NCBI GenBank assembly: GCA_002269645.1
Contig: NIVC01002216.1
Location: 62,001 to 126,000, forward strand
From: Macrostomum lignano
Lineage: Eukaryota
Length of the DNA: 64,000 bases
Reading direction: 5' to 3'
Shown: piece after piece, positions 42,642-54,170 of the stretch
Numbering within the stretch: position 1 is the first letter of the stretch
Layout: the number at the start of each line of letters is the position of its first letter
Made by a program: the position numbers and the translations under genes
Notes under the pieces: model-generated
The model's database searches: none
Told to the model about the DNA's origin: nothing
Seen by the model: the letters and a program-made list of their open reading frames with translations, nothing else

Positions 42642-43575
42642 ACCCAGTTTGAGTCATGCCAGACCCAGTCTGAGTCACATGCTAGACCCAGGCTGAGTCA
42701 TATGCTAGACCCAGTCTGAGTCACATGCTAGACCCAGGCTGAGTCATATGCTAGACCCAGTCTGAGTCACATGCTAGACCCAGTCTGAGTCATGCTAGAC
42801 CCAGTCTGAGTCATGCCAGACCCAGGCTGAGTCATATGCTAGACCCAGTTTGAGTCATCCCAGACCCAGTCTGAGTCACATGCTAGACCCAGGCTGAGTC
42901 ATATGCTAGACCCAGTCTGAGTCACATGCTAGACCCAGTCTGAGTCATGCTAGACCCAGTCTGAGTCATTCCAGACCCAGGCTGAGTCATGCCAGACCCA
43001 GGCTGAGTCATGCTAGACCCAGTCTGAGTCATGCTAGACCCAGTCTGAGTCATATGCTAGACCCAGGCTGAGTCATATGCTAGACCCAGTCTGAGTCATG
43101 CTAGACCCAGTCTGAGTCATATGCTAGACCCAGGCTGAGTCATATGCTAGACCCAGTCTGAGTCATATGCTAGACCCAGGCTGAGTCATATGCTAGACCC
43201 AGTCTGAGTCATATGCTAGACCCAGTCTGAGTCATGCTAGACCCAGTCTGAGTCATATGCTAGACCCAGGCTGAGTCATATGCTAGACCCAGTCTGAGTC
43301 ATGCTAGACCCAGTCTGAGTCATGCTAGACCCAGTCTGAGTCATATGCTAGACCCAGGCTGAGTCATATGCTAGACCCAGTCTGAGTCATGCTAGACCCA
43401 GTCTGAGTCATATGCTAGACCCAGTCTGAGTCATGCTAGACCCAGTTTGAGTCATGCTAGACCCAGTCTGAGTCAGTCTGAGTCAGTCTGACCCAGTCTG
43501 AGTCATATGCTAGACCCAGTCTGAGTCAGTCTGAGTCAGTCTGACCCAGTCTGAGTCATGCTAGACCCAGTCTAA
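42622..43575. repeat. 21-23-bp minisatellite (ATGCTAGACCCAGTCTGAGTC[AT]) overlapping the Fat stop codon
   Basis: direct inspection. Confidence 0.95.
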
Positions 43576-43927
43576 GTCATATGCTAGACCCAGTGAGTGA
43601 ACACATGTATTTCAGTATTTCTGCATGCAATCTGATCATGGATTAGCCTCATCGAATCGATGCATCAGTAGTTTGTTTAGTAGCTTTTAGTAATTCGTAC
43701 ACAACGAAATGGTGAATTGTCACACTAAAGCGTCACAATGTCTAAGCAAATATACGCCCAACAAATGCCTACCTCTCACGGACCAATGGCAAAGTATATG
43801 GCTCTCCAATGCTTCAGGTACCTAGTTAGTGTTTACACACGGTTCTTCCCGTGTTTTGCAATTGTAAATCGCTTTCTTGTTCGGCTATTTCTTTCAGGTA
43901 CTAACATGTAATTTCGTACTTTGAAAG

Positions 43928-44282
43928 CTCCTGTGACAGAGCTGGGTTGCAGTGTGACAGAACAGGATTGCAGTGTGACAGAGTTGGCCTACAGTGTGAC
44001 AGAGCTGGGCTACAGTGTGACAGAGCCGGGCTACTGGGTGACAGAGCTGGGTTACAGTGTGACAGAGCTGGGCTACAGTGTGACAGAGCCGGGCTACAGA
44101 GTGACAGAGCCGGGCTACAGTGTGACAGAGCTGGGTTACAGTGTGACAGAGCTGGGCTACAGAGTGACAGAGCCGGGCTACAGAGTGACAGAGCCGGGAT
44201 ACAGTGTGACAGAGCTGTGTTACAGTGTGACAGAGCTGGGCTACAGAGTGACAGAGCCGGGCTACAGTGTGACAGAGCCGGG
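43928..44282. repeat. 21-bp minisatellite (GTGTGACAGAGCTGGGCTACA)
   Basis: period 21. Confidence 0.95.
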
Positions 44283-44584
44283 CTTTAGTTGTCCTACTCA
44301 AACAAAAATAAATCAAATTAAAATCCACTCTATACTGTTCTGAGCACTACACTAAAACAAAACTTTTTAGCTCGTCAATGTAGAAATTTAAAATCGGTAG
44401 TTGAGTCGTTTATCAGACAGCACAGCACAGGTAAATATTGAATATTGGATCCCGATTGAACTCAGTCAGAGACACATGGGGCGCTGCACTAACCATTAAT
44501 TTATTGAAATACTCATTTTCTTGGCCGATGAACTGCTGAAGCTGGCTTATAGCAGGATCCCGGAAATTGGCCTTTTGTTGCCTC

Positions 44585-45465
44585 TATCTGCAATAGTGTA
44601 AACTCTCTCTGCAATAGTGTAAACTCTCTCTGCAATAGTGTAAACTCTCTCTGCAGTAGTGTAAACTCTCTCTGCAATAGTGTAAACTCTCTCTGCAATA
44701 GTGTAAACTCTCTCTGCAGTAGTGTAAACTCTCTCTGCAATAGTGTAAACTCTCTCTGCAATAGTGTAAACTCTCTCTGCAATAGTGTAAACTCTCTCTG
44801 CAATAGTGTAAACTCTCTCTGCAATAGTGTAAACTCTCTCTGCAATAGTGTAAACTCTCTCTGCAATAGTGTAAACTCTCTCTGCAATAGTGTAAACTCT
44901 CTCTGCAGTAGTGTAAACTCTCTCTGCAATTGTGTAAACTGTCTCTGCAGTAGTGTAAACTGTCTCTGCAGTAGTGTAAACTCTCTCTGCAATAGTGTGA
45001 ACTGTCTCTGCAGTAGTGTAAACTCTCTCTACAGTAGTGTAAACTCTCTGCAATTGTGTAAACTCTCTCTGCAGTAGTGTAAACTGTCTCTGCAGTAGTG
45101 TAAACTCTCTCTACAGTAGTGTAAACTCTCTGCAGTAGTGTAAACTCTCTCTGCAGCAGTGTAAACTCTCTCTGCAGTAGTGTAAACTCTCTCTGCAGTA
45201 GTGTAAACTCTCTCTGCAATTGTGTAAACTCTCTCTGCAGTAGTGTAAACTCTCTGCAGTAGTGTAAACTCTCTCTGCAGTAGTGTAAACTCTCTGCAAT
45301 TGTGTAAACTCTCTCTGCAGTAGTGTAAACTGTCTCTGCAGTAGTGTAAACTCTTACTGCAGTAGTGTAAACTCTCTCTGCAATAGTGTAAACTCTCTCT
45401 GCAATAGTGTAAACTCTCTCTGCAGTAGTGTAAACTCTCTCTGCAATAGTGTAAACTCTCTCTGC
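44585..45465. repeat. 21-bp minisatellite (GTAAACTCTCTCTGCAATAGT) with 19-bp variants
   Basis: period 21/19. Confidence 0.95.
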
Positions 45466-45766
45466 GAAATGAAGCTGTTTTACAGCTCCGAATGATTATT
45501 GATAACAAATCGGTTTGGTTAAAGTCATATTCAATGAATGACATGTACTTCTAAAGCATGATGAAAAAATTACAGTTAATAAACACAATACTTTGAGCAG
45601 CATTCAATTAGGCCAAATTTGAGTCAGCAAAGCAGCGGCATGGTCTGTACAGAGCGGCGAGAGCTGATTAGCAAGCCCTCCATGGCCGATACAATTATAA
45701 TATTCATTTCAAGTACTTATAGTAGAAAATAGGGACATTTTTCGGGGGGGAAAAGAGGCCGCCGAG

Positions 45767-46382
45767 CTACAGCAGTCCCCTGCCCAGCTCCTGAGTCAGC
45801 ACCTCCAGCACGGACGTCGCGTCTCCCCGCTGCCTCGCGTGCGCCGAGTAGGTGACCACAGACTCCCGTGGTGACGCCGACGAATGCCCGACCGAGCTGG
45901 CGCCGCACCCGCCGCTGCTGCTGCCCGTCAGGACGGTGGCAGCCGCTGATCCCGCTGATGAAGACTGGCTGTCCTGCTGCTGCTGGTGATGCTGCGGATG
46001 CTGCGGATGCTGGTGATGCTGCTGAAGCAGGTGCTGCTGGTTGTGCCTCGGCGTGCAAGCAGGCGGCATCGCCGGCGGAGGCGGATGCTTCATCAGCGGC
46101 AGGCAGGTGGCGGGCGGCGGCAGCTGCTTGCTGAGGGCGGCGCGGGCCCGGCGCTCGTCGGCGCGTTGCTCTCGCCGGCGCTGGCAGTGACGCGCGGCCA
46201 GGCAGGCGGCGCAGACGGCGAGGCCGGCAATCAGAAGGGCGCCGGCGCCGACCGCAGCACCGACGGCCAGCAGGACGAAACCGGCGCCGGAGTCCGACGG
46301 GGGCGCCGCCGCCGCCGCCGCTGTCGATGTCGATGTCGATTTCGATGTCGGAGTCGGCGCCGCTGGAATGGCATTGATGATG
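45767..46382 (-). CDS. Lectin-TM gene exon 7 (TM and cytoplasmic tail)
   Basis: aatcag|C; TM FVLLAVGAAVGAGALLIAGLAVCAACLA followed by RHCQRRR; Pro/Gln/His-rich tail ending GRGLL-TAG. Confidence 0.85.
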
Positions 46383-46549
46383 CTGATTAACGGAAGTGTT
46401 GGATACTACTCATAGAACAAAAAAGCCAAAAAGTCTAAATAGCCGGTTTAGTTGATATAGTATCGTACCTGAGGTTGCTTGCAACAACTCGGTGAACGAA
46501 TCGTACTGAAAATTACGCTAAAAAAGTTTTTTACTTCGCCCTGTTTCTA

Positions 46550-47630
46550 TACTCATTCTGTAGCTCATTCCGTACTCATTCCGTAGCTCATTCCGTACTC
46601 ATTCCGTAGCTCATTCATACTCATTCCGTAGCTCATTCATACTCATTCCGTAGCCCATTCCATACTCGTTTCGCAGCTCATTCCGTACTCATTCCGTACT
46701 CATTCCGTAGCTCATTCCGTAGCTCATTCCGTAGCTCATTCCGTAGCTCATTCCGTAGCTCATTCCGTACTCATTCCGTACTCATTCCATACTAATTCCG
46801 TACTCATTCCGTGCTCATTCCGTACTCATTCCGTAGCTCATTCCGTAGCTCATTCCGTAGCTCATTCCGTAGCTCATTCCGTAGCTCATTCCGTAGCTCA
46901 TTCCACACTCATTCCGTAGCTCATTCCGTAGCTCATTCCGTAGCTCATTCCGTAGCTCATTCCGTAGCTCATTCCGTAGCTCATTCCATACTCTTTCCAT
47001 ACTCATTCCATACTCTTTCCATACTCATTCCGTACTCATTCCATACTCATTCCATACTCATTCCGTACTCATTCCGTAGCTCATTCCGTAGCTCATTCCG
47101 TAGCTCATTCCATACTCTTTCCGTAGCTCATTCCGTAGCTCATTCCGTAGCTCATTCCGTACTCATTCCGTAGCTCATTCCGTAGCTCATTCCGTAGCTC
47201 ATTCCGTAGCTCATTCCATACTCATTCCGTAGCTCATTCCGTAGCTCATTCCGTAGCTCATTCCGTAGCTCATTCCGTAGCTCATTCCGTAGCTCATTCC
47301 ATACTCATTCCGTAGCTCATTCCGTAGCTCATTCCGTAGCTCATTCTGTACTCATTCCGTAGCTCATTCCGTACTCATTCCGTAGCTCATTCCGTAGCTC
47401 ATTCCGTAGCTCATTCCGTAGCTCATTCCGTAGCTCATTCCGTAGCTCATTCCATACTCATTCCGTAGCTCATTCCGTAGCTCATTCCGTAGCTCATTCT
47501 GTACTCATTCCGTACTCATTCCGTAGCTCATTCCATACTCATTCCGTGCTCATTCCGTACTCATTCCGTAGCTCATTCCATACTCATTCCGTAGCTCATT
47601 CCATACTCATTCCGTAGCTCATTCCGTAGT
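46550..47630. repeat. 12/10-bp minisatellite (GCTCATTCCGTA / CTCATTCCATA)
   Basis: direct inspection. Confidence 0.95.
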
Positions 47631-47654
47631 CGCCCCTACGTGAGCCAATCCCCA

Positions 47655-47945
47655 AGCACAAAAACCAGTGCCGCTGTACACCTGTGAGCTTGTGCCTGAG
47701 TACTCATCCGTGTGCCTGCTCAGGGGAGTCGGCGGAATGGGCAGCAATGCCTCTCGCCGGTTGTGTGCCAATGTTGCCTTAAGTGCACTCAGCCCCCTGC
47801 CTCTAATAAAAGAATTGAACGGCCCTATTATAAATGCCTTGCAGTTTGAAAACTAATTGTTGACCATAAGCACACGGAATCGAACTTAGGACCTCGGACG
47901 CCACTATCACGGTTGCTGCCTCATGCCCTGTCTAAGCAGGTCTGC
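47655..47945. mobile_element. Dispersed SINE-like repeat; body also present at ~38205-38310
   Basis: Shared block GTGTGCCTGCTCAGGGGAGTCGGCGG...AATGCCTCTCGCCGGTTG at both sites; B-box-like GTTCGATTCC on the - strand at ~47877-47886. Confidence 0.4.
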
Positions 47946-48737
47946 AACGCGTTGCTGACGGACAAGTGCGAATGAGTCATCGGCGTGGCCGAGACCGGGG
48001 AGGCCGCCGTTTATCTTGCACAGAGATTACGGGGTCGGACAGCAAGTGTCTTTCAAGTAGCCAGCAAGCAGGTCTGATGCCTCTGCTGCAATTCCTTTCA
48101 CTGGACGCGGATTAGCGGCCCGGGGAGCGCGTGTGGCGCAGCTGGGGGCGGATTAGCAGGAGGGCTCGGGGCGCAAAACAGGATTTCCGGATCCGTAAGT
48201 CCCGAGTCGCGGGCACAGCTAATTAGAGAAGACCGGTCGAGCTTTGGGAAAGTCTGTGCCGCATATTTTCTCCAACGATAGAGAAATTCTCTAATTTCCT
48301 AGCAGCTTACTTGTAGTCGCTTGTCTAAGGCCCGGTTGGATGACGCAACAATTCTAGGATTTTTTAAGGATCTGTTTGAAACTGCACTCGATTCTTCTGC
48401 ATCCCTGACATCCAAAGTGGCGCTGCGAGCTCCAAACTCGTGTAAAAATACACCTCACAGTGCAGTATCACGTGTTATGACACTCATGTGAACATGTAGT
48501 TCGCTTGCAGGGTGAAGGGCACGGTCGCAGAGTCGCCGCCCTGAGGCATATGCAAGCGCGCCAAAACGGTTTATTTTTCTCAGAATGAGCTCAACGAGTA
48601 CCGCAACTGTTCGCGCACAGAGTTTGAGGTCAGCTGAGTTTATCAGCCCGTCGTAGAGCGGCCGCGAATAAATGATTCAGCTGTAACAAATAAACTCTGC
48701 AGACCCCCCCCACAGCTCATGATTGCCCGGCTCTCAC

Positions 48738-49002
48738 CTGAGTTCATTCGTCCGGAATTCTGCTCGGAGCTGTCGACCCCCTCCGGAAGAATCACAGAGG
48801 GTGGCGGCGCTTCCCGAGACTTGTCGCCTCTCTTGTCGTCGTCCTCGTCGCCTGACAACGACGGTGGCAGCGCTGGAGGCGGTGGCGGTGGCGGTGGCGG
48901 CAGGTTTGGAAATGGAAGCTCCGATGGATTGTCTGCGTTGATTGAGACCTTGACGGGCACTGGGGAATGAGTCAAGAGGGCAGAGTGCATTAGTGCTCTT
49001 CG
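48738..49002 (-). CDS. Lectin-TM gene exon 6 (stalk; alternative acceptor possible at 48959)
   Basis: actcag|CG...AG|gtgaga; phase 1 to 2, as required to keep the TM exon in frame. Confidence 0.6.
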
Positions 49003-49018
49003 CTGAGTTTGAGGTCAC

Positions 49019-49518
49019 CTGCTCCGCCCTGCTCCGCCCTGCTCCGCCCTGCTCCGCCCTGCTCCGCCCTGCTCCGCCCTGCTCCGCCCTGCTCCGCCCT
49101 GCTCCGCCCTGCTCCGCCCTGCTCCGCCCTGCTCCGCCCTGCTCCGCCCTGCTCCGCCCTGCTCCGCCCTGCTCCGCCCTGCTCCGCCCTGCTCCGCCCT
49201 GCTCCGCCCTGCTCCGCCCTGCTCCGCCCTGCTCCGCCCTGCTCCGCCCTGCTCCGCCCTGCTCCGCCCTGCTCCGCCCTGCTCCGCCCTGCTCCGCCCT
49301 GCTCCGCCCTGCTCCGCCCTGCTCCGCCCTGCTCCGCCCTGCTCCGCCCTGCTCCGCCCTGCTCCGCCCTGCTCCGCCCTGCTCCGCCCTGCTCCGCCCT
49401 GCTCCGCCCTGCTCCGCCCTGCTCCGCCCTGCTCCGCCCTGCTCCGCCCTGCTCCGCCCTGCTCCGCCCTGCTCCGCCCTGCTCCGCCCTGCTCCGCCCT
49501 GCTCCGCCCTGCTCCGCC
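49019..49518. repeat. Perfect 10-bp array (GCTCCGCCCT) x ~50
   Basis: homogeneous; fills one intron. Confidence 0.97.
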
Positions 49519-49533
49519 CGCCCCCAGACTCAC

Positions 49534-49723
49534 GGCAGGCAAACAGCAGCAGCAGGTGCGGCCTCGCACAGCCCGGCATGTCCGCCATCAGCAGCTGGGC
49601 GTCGGCCAGCACGGTGCACGAGTGCCGCCCGTCACAGCGTCGCTTCACTTCGCCGAAGACGCTCGCCTGCGAGTCGGGACATCTGGCCGCGTTTGACTCG
49701 GGCCGGGCCGTGTCCGGGCAGCG
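49534..49723 (-). CDS. Lectin-TM gene exon 5 (SUEL2 C-half)
   Basis: actcag|CGC; VFGEVKRRCDGRHSCTV...MPGCARPHLLLLFAC; donor gtgagt. Confidence 0.85.
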
Positions 49724-49807
49724 CTGAGTGCGGCCCTGCTGACAGGGTGGACAGACGCATGTTTATGGACGGACAAACGGACAAACAGTCACTGAGACAC
49801 TAAGATC

Positions 49808-49945
<138 letters not shown>

Positions 49946-49958
49946 CGCCAGTCCTCAC

Positions 49959-50137
49959 CAGTCCCTGAATGCCATCGGGGCTGCCAAGAACATCGTCAGG
50001 CTCGAAGTCTGCCGAGTCCAGCAGCTGCGGCAGCAGGTAGCGGCTTGTCAGCACAGCGTCCAGAGTCAAGATTCTGCCGCGACGCCCGCAGGACAGAGTG
50101 GTGTAGGTGTCGGCGCAGATCAGCCGGCTCCTGATAA
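49959..50137 (-). CDS. Lectin-TM gene exon 4 (SUEL2 N-half)
   Basis: gatcag|TT; IRSRLICADTYTTLSCGRRGRILTLDA; donor gtgagg. Confidence 0.8.
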
Positions 50138-50277
50138 CTGATCGCGCAGAGGATGGATGGCAACGATCAGCAGTCATCAGCAGTGGCCGTGGTCAAAATG
50201 GTTGCCATGGGGAGGCCAGAGTCTTACTGATTGGGATAGATTAGCATCCTTTTTTCCAGGTAATACAACTGGAAGTG

Positions 50278-50555
50278 ACTCATGAGCAGCCATGAGCACT
50301 TATGAGCAATCGTGAGAAACCATACCATTAGCAGTCATGAGAAACCATACCATGAGCAGCCATGAGCAGCCATGAGCAGCCATGAGCAGCCATGAGCAGT
50401 CATGAGCAGCCATGAGCAGCCATGAGCAGCCATGAGCAGCCATGAGCAGCCATGAGCAGTCATGAGCAGCCATGAGCAGCCATGAGCAGCCATGAGCAGC
50501 CATGAGCAGCCATGAGCAGCCATGAGCAGCCATGAGCAGCCATGAGCAGTCATGA
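50278..50555. repeat. 10-bp array (CATGAGCAGC)n
   Basis: direct inspection. Confidence 0.95.
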
Positions 50556-51091
50556 GCTATCCCATTATTTTTCTGTTAAATTAATTTTTATCAATTACAA
50601 AGGCAAAAAGCACACTCCATGCTTTTGCACACTTAATCACAATCAGTTTTTTTTTATTTTCCTTTTCTCCACAACAGGATGAGGATCAGTTTGTCCTCAG
50701 ATTGAGTTCAGGATGGGCCGCAGAAGCAAACTGTGCCGCTTCCCAAACGGCCATTTTTGTTCGGGTCGGAAAAAAGCAACCCGCGACTTCAGCCCAATTT
50801 TCAACAATTCTTCCTGACACCTCGCGTCACCCCTCCAGTCACTCCCATTGTTGTTGCAGCCCTGCCTTTGAGCCATTCCAGGAAAGGTGTCAGTCAGCCG
50901 CTCAGTTGGTCTTTGTTTGACTGACTGGGGGGGTTGCTTTTTTCTCCTTTGAAAGCAGCAAATCCTCCGCGACAGGTCTTTGTTCCTTCTATTCAGCTAG
51001 AGTGCTCAAAGTCAAGCTGTTCCGCTCAACTTCGGACCCGTTCTGAATACTTTTATTGTGCAAAACTAAACTGTTTGCTTTTAATTAGAAA

Positions 51092-51465
51092 CCCAAATCC
51101 TATAGAAGGATTTCTAGGAATTCCCCTGCTCCAAAATCCCATAGTGGGATTTCTAGAAATTCCCCTGCTCCCAAATCCCATAGTGGGATTTCTAGAAATT
51201 CCCCTGCTCCCAAATCCCATAGTGGGATTTCTAGGAATTCATCTGCTCCAAAATTTCCTTGTGGGATTTCTAGGAATTCCCCTGCTCCCAAATCCCATAG
51301 TGGGATTTCTAGGAATTCCCCTGCTCCCAAATCCCATACTGGGATTTATAGGAATTCCCAGCTCCAAAATTTCCTAGTGGGATTTCTAGGAATTCCCCTG
51401 CTCCCAAATCCCATAGTGGGATTTCTAGGAATTCCCCACCTCCCAAATCCCATAGTGGGATATTT
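51092..51465. repeat. 39-bp minisatellite with internal palindromes
   Basis: AAATCCCATAGTGGGATTTCTAGGAATTCCCCTGCTCCC, ~9 copies. Confidence 0.9.
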
Positions 51466-51581
51466 CTTAGCTCATTCCGCCAAGGTTCTCAGGTAGGTCA
51501 AATCGAACTGAAAATTCGTATCTCCATTTTTCCCTTGGCAACCAGTTGAGCACCCGACCGAGAGCCGAACCCACGGCTCAC

Positions 51582-51723
51582 CCGGCTCGCACTGGTAAGA
51601 AATCTTCAGCCGGTCCAGCAGCCGGTAGCAGGGCGCCAGCTTCAGCGGGTCCTCGGCGTTGGGCGGCAGCATCGGCTGAGTGAGGTTGCAGCGGCTCGAC
51701 TCCTCGCACTTCAGCTTGGCGGC
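51582..51723 (-). CDS. Lectin-TM gene exon 3 (SUEL1 C-half)
   Basis: ccgcag|GCC; AAKLKCEESSRC...DPLKLAPCYRLLDRLKISYQCEP; donor gtgagc. Confidence 0.85.
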
Positions 51724-53460
51724 CTGCGGGTGGAATCGAGGGTGAAGCGAGCCTAATTTGCCGGAGTTCGGTCTAACTACTCCCAACATCCGCTCTCCCC
51801 AACACCCACTCTCCCCAACACACACTCTCCCCAACACCCACTCTCCCCAACACACACTCTCCCCAACACACACTCTCCCCAACACACACTCTCCCCAACA
51901 CACACTCTCCCCAACACACACTCTCCCCAACACACACTCTCCCCAACAACACTCTCCCCAACACACACTCTCCCCAACACCCACTCTCCCCAACACACAC
52001 TCTCCCCAACACACTCTCCCCAACACACACACTCCCCAACACACACTCTCCCCAACACCCACTCTCCCCAACACCCACTCTCCCCAACACACACTCTCCC
52101 CAACACACTCTCCCCAACACACACACTCCCCAACACACACTCTCCCCAACACACACTCTCCCCAACACACTCTCCCCAACACCCACTCTCCCCAACACAC
52201 ACTCTCCCCAACAACACTCTCCCCAACACCCACTCTCCCCAACACCAACTCTCCCCAACAACACTCTCCCCAACACCCACTCTCCCCAACACACACTCTC
52301 CCCAACACACACTCTCACACCCACTCTCCCCAACACCCACTCTCCCTAACACACACTCTCCCCAACACACACTCTCCCCAACACACACTCTCCCCAACAC
52401 ATACTCTCCCCAACACCCACTCTCCCTAACACACACTCTCCCCAATACCCACTCTCCCCAACACACACTCTCCCCAACACCCACTCTCCCCAACACCCAC
52501 TCTCCCCAACACACACTCTCCCCAACACACACTCTCCCCAACACCCACTCTCCCCAACACACACACTCCCCAACACACTCTCCCCAACACACACTCTCCC
52601 CAACACCCACTCTCCCCAACACACACTCTCCCCAACACCCACTCTCCCCAACACACACTCTCCCCAACACCCACTCTCCCCAACACACACTCTCGCCAAC
52701 ACACACTCTCCCCAACACCCACTCTCCCCAACACACACTCTCCCCAACACACACTCTCGCCAACACACACTCTCCCCAACACCCACTCTCCCCAACACCC
52801 ACTCTCCCCAACACACACTCTCCCCAACACACACTCTCCCCAACACCCACTCTCCCCAACACCCACTCTCCCCAACACACACTCTCCCCAACACCCACTC
52901 TCCCCAACACCCACTCTCCCCAACACCCACTCTCCCTAACACACACTCTCCCCAATACCCACTCTCCCCAACACACACTCTCCCCAACACCCACTCTCCC
53001 CAACACCCACTCTCCCCAACACACACTCTCCCCAACACACACTCTCCCCAACACACACTCTCCCCAACACCCACTCTCCCCAACACCCACTCTCCCTAAC
53101 ACACACTCTCCCCAATACCCACTCTCCCCAACACACACTCTCCCCAACACCCACTCTCCCCAACACCCACTCTCCCCAACACACACTCTCCCCAACACAC
53201 ACTCTCCCCAACACACACGCTCCCCAACACCCACTCTCCCCAACACACACTCTCCCCAACACCCACTCTCCCCAACACACACTCCCCAACACACTCTCCC
53301 CAACACCCACTCTCCCCAACACACACTCTCCCCAACACCCACTCTCCCCAACACACTCCCCAACACACTCTCCCCAACACACACTCCCCAACACACTCTC
53401 CCCAACACACACTCTCCCCAACACACACTCCCCAACACACTCTCCCCAACACCCACTCTC

Positions 53461-53516
53461 TTGCGATAGGGGCCTCGCGGCCTATTCGCGGCGCCTGCGC
53501 CCCCCGTCAGTAGTAA
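53461..53516 (+). mobile_element. 56-nt extreme 5'-truncated copy of the retrotransposon 3' end
   Basis: Exact reverse complement of 22852-22907; flanked by a 13-bp duplication AACACCCACTCTC (53448-53460 and 53515-53527). Confidence 0.9.
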
Positions 53517-54115
53517 CACCCACTCTCCCCAACACACACTCCCCAACACACACTCCCCAACACACTCTCCCCAACACCCACTCTCCCCAACACACACTCT
53601 CCCCAACACCCACTCTCCCCAACACACACTCTCCCCAACACATACTCTCCCCAACACCCACTCTCCCCAACACACACTCTCCCCAACACACACTCTCCCC
53701 AACACACACTCTCCCCAACACACACTCTCCCCAACACACACTCTCCCCAACACACACTCTCCCCAACACACACTCTCCCCAACACACACTCTCCCCAACA
53801 CACACTCTCCCCAACACCCACTCTCCCCAACACACACTCTCCCCAACACCCACTCTCCCCAACACCCACTCTCCCCAACACACACTCTCCCCAACACCCA
53901 CTCTCCCCAACACACACTCTCCCCAACACACACTCTCCCCAACACACACTGTCCCCAACACACACTCTCCCCAACACACACTCTCCCCAACACCCACTCT
54001 CCCCAACACACTCCCCAACACACTCTCCCCAACACACACTCCCCAACACACTCTCCCCAACACACACTCTCCCCAACACACACTCCCCAACACACTCTCC
54101 CCAACACCCACTCTC

Positions 54116-54170
54116 TTGCGATAGGGGCCTCGCGGCCTATTCGCGGCGCCTGCGCCCCCGTCAGTAGTAA
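54116..54170 (+). mobile_element. Second 55-nt copy of the retrotransposon 3' end
   Basis: Same sequence and same junctions as 53461-53516, with one C fewer in the C6 run. Confidence 0.9.

Noticed and set aside
48124-48215. tRNA-like start GCGCGTGTGGCGCAGCTGG
   Set aside because: A-box-like only; no B-box, T-arm or acceptor-stem complement could be found.
51092-51465. CRISPR-like palindromic 39-bp repeats (also the 47-bp and 32-bp arrays)
   Set aside because: Units are head-to-tail with no unique spacers, there are no cas genes, and the context is spliceosomal.
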